DNA of 64,000 nucleotides from Takakia lepidozioides (taxonomy: Eukaryota; Plantae; Bryophyta). How positions within the stretch are numbered: the first letter of the stretch is position 1; every line of letters starts with the position of its first letter. Both the position numbers and the translations under genes were made by a program. The stretch lies in NCBI GenBank assembly GCA_030704615.1, contig CM060732.1, forward strand, positions 40,982,001 to 41,046,000. The letters are read 5' to 3'. Shown in pieces: positions 62,720 to 64,000 of the stretch. The notes beneath the pieces are model-generated. The model was not told the origin of the DNA. It did not search any database and saw only the letters and a list, made by a program, of their open reading frames with translations.

Positions 62720-64000
62720 GTTGAGGCACCTGTTACAATGCCATCCACACATTATAACATGGCCCTTCAGATGTTGCGAATTAAAGCATAACGAGAATTT
62801 GCAGAACAACATAGAACAAGATTCTGCATACCTGTCCCACAAATGAGGTCGAGCACTGTGCCCTCCACTGTGCATGTTTCCATAATTGTCTGAATGAAGA
62901 CAGGGCTCCGAATCCGTGAATACCACAGGGGTTCCGTTGAAGTGAGGCTATGAGGGAGAAGTTCCGTGGGAACGTTGTTGAACAAGACGTCGTAATCGAT
63001 GGGGTCGCAGTTCGGGTCAACCAACAATCCCTCCTTCCGGAAAGCAAAGGTGGAGTTCTCCTTCACAAAGCAGTATGCATCGAACTGCTTCGTCTGCATA
63101 CACAGTGGGAAACGATTAGAAATCGAATGCGGCACCGCATTTCAAATCACCTAAGAAAATGAAAGGACGAGTGCCAATGTCGTAATTACCTTCTTCCCTT
63201 CCGACCGAAGGCCCAATGTGTTGATGCACGTCCACTTCTTCTTCAGAATTGGGACGGCGCTCTTGCGGGTCCACTTCACAATTCCCGTCTGCGTGTTTTT
63301 TCCTCTACTTGCCAGGACAACCACACAGCCTCTGTCGTCCAACACCATGCGGGCGAGCCCAAATCCTTTCTTCCAAAAGTCCTCGGAGAACCTGTTCCAA
63401 GATGGCAAGCTTGCAGTCCTTCCACAGGCTCTCCGTCCGGAATATCCAAGATGATCATATTGCAAGACCACTCGGTGGCATTTCCGCCCCTCCTACAATC
63501 CTTGTCTGCACACACCCTCTCAAAGAACGAGACCATCTTCAGAAACCCAGGGGTGTCGGAAGGCTCTTCGGCAGCCGCCTTCTTCAGTGCTCTGCCCTTC
63601 AGACCCTCCATGGTCTTCATGTATGCCAACTTGGCTGCCCGTCCATCCAAAGCCGCTAAGAAACTCTCATTTACACACTGGACTACTGTATTGGGATCCA
63701 CTGTCGGCCTCTTCATTTCCACCGGCTCGAAAGGGTGCCCCCCCGGGGGGTTGAAGAGTGCCTTCTTTGCCGAGCCTGTTCTCGTCCCTCTCGTGACAAC
63801 GGTGGGCACAGGGGATTTCGGCTGCGTTTCGGGGGGTGGGCTGGTTGCCAAGTCTCCATCGGAGTCCTCTTCGTCACCCTCTTCCTGCTTTATCTGTTTC
63901 TGCTTCTTCGTTTTCTTGGGTAACACAACTGCTGCCCCTTGCTGGCGAGTCCTCTTCTTCGACCCCTTCTGTTGAGCCTGCACAGCTGCATCCACCGTCT
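62720..64000 (-). pseudogene. Degenerate beta-class amino-(N4C/N6A) DNA methyltransferase-like gene adjacent to the transposase
   Basis: CNMIILDIPDG (motif IV position, DPPY-like), then LPSWN...FWKKGFGLARMVLDDRGCVVVL...WTCIN, intron, ...RSPVFIQTIMETCTVEGTVLDLICGT|GAST (motifs X-I, like VLDPFxGSGTT). One frameshift near 63415. Confidence 0.6.

Larger units (their letters stand above)
57700..64000 (-). mobile_element. Mutator-like (MULE) DNA transposon, probably carrying two genes; the other end is beyond the window
   Basis: Subterminal CATGAGC(C/G) repeats at 57735-57980, transposase 62345-58573, second gene at >=64000-62720, and shared ATGCGG palindromes on both sides of the transposase. Confidence 0.75.

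Noticed and set aside
59207-63975. Long plus-strand ORFs across the MULE
   Set aside because: Antisense shadows of GC-rich minus-strand coding sequence.

Overview
Eukaryotic nuclear DNA from a non-seed land plant (bryophyte/lycophyte-like; inferred from GT-AG introns of about 80-700 bp, PLS-class PPRs and an XRRA1-like gene). Bases 1-50000 are gene-dense. They hold a P-class PPR, hemA, an intron-split GcvR-like double-ACT gene missed by the ORF track, an HDA15-type deacetylase, DUS3, an XRRA1-like LRR gene with an intronic LINE, an intronless mitochondrial ATP synthase gamma gene, DJ-1D/GLX3, RabH/Rab6, a PLS-PPR with a decayed E/DYW tail and a beta-carbonic anhydrase pseudogene. Bases 50000-64000 are a transposon island: a pogo-like deletion derivative, a tRNA-type SINE, two gag fragments, a 162-bp-arm hairpin and a GCM/SWIM-type Mutator element. 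The three main findings are: (1) the Mutator element lies next to a second, spliced gene resembling a beta-class N4C/N6A DNA methyltransferase, and carries repeated ATGCGG-containing palindromes in its non-coding parts; (2) HDA15 appears chimeric, with its first two coding exons an in-frame inverted duplicate of the first two exons of the head-to-head DUS3 gene; (3) a probably mitochondrial GcvR-like ACT protein. Gene models were spliced by eye and family calls rest on motif recognition, not database searches.
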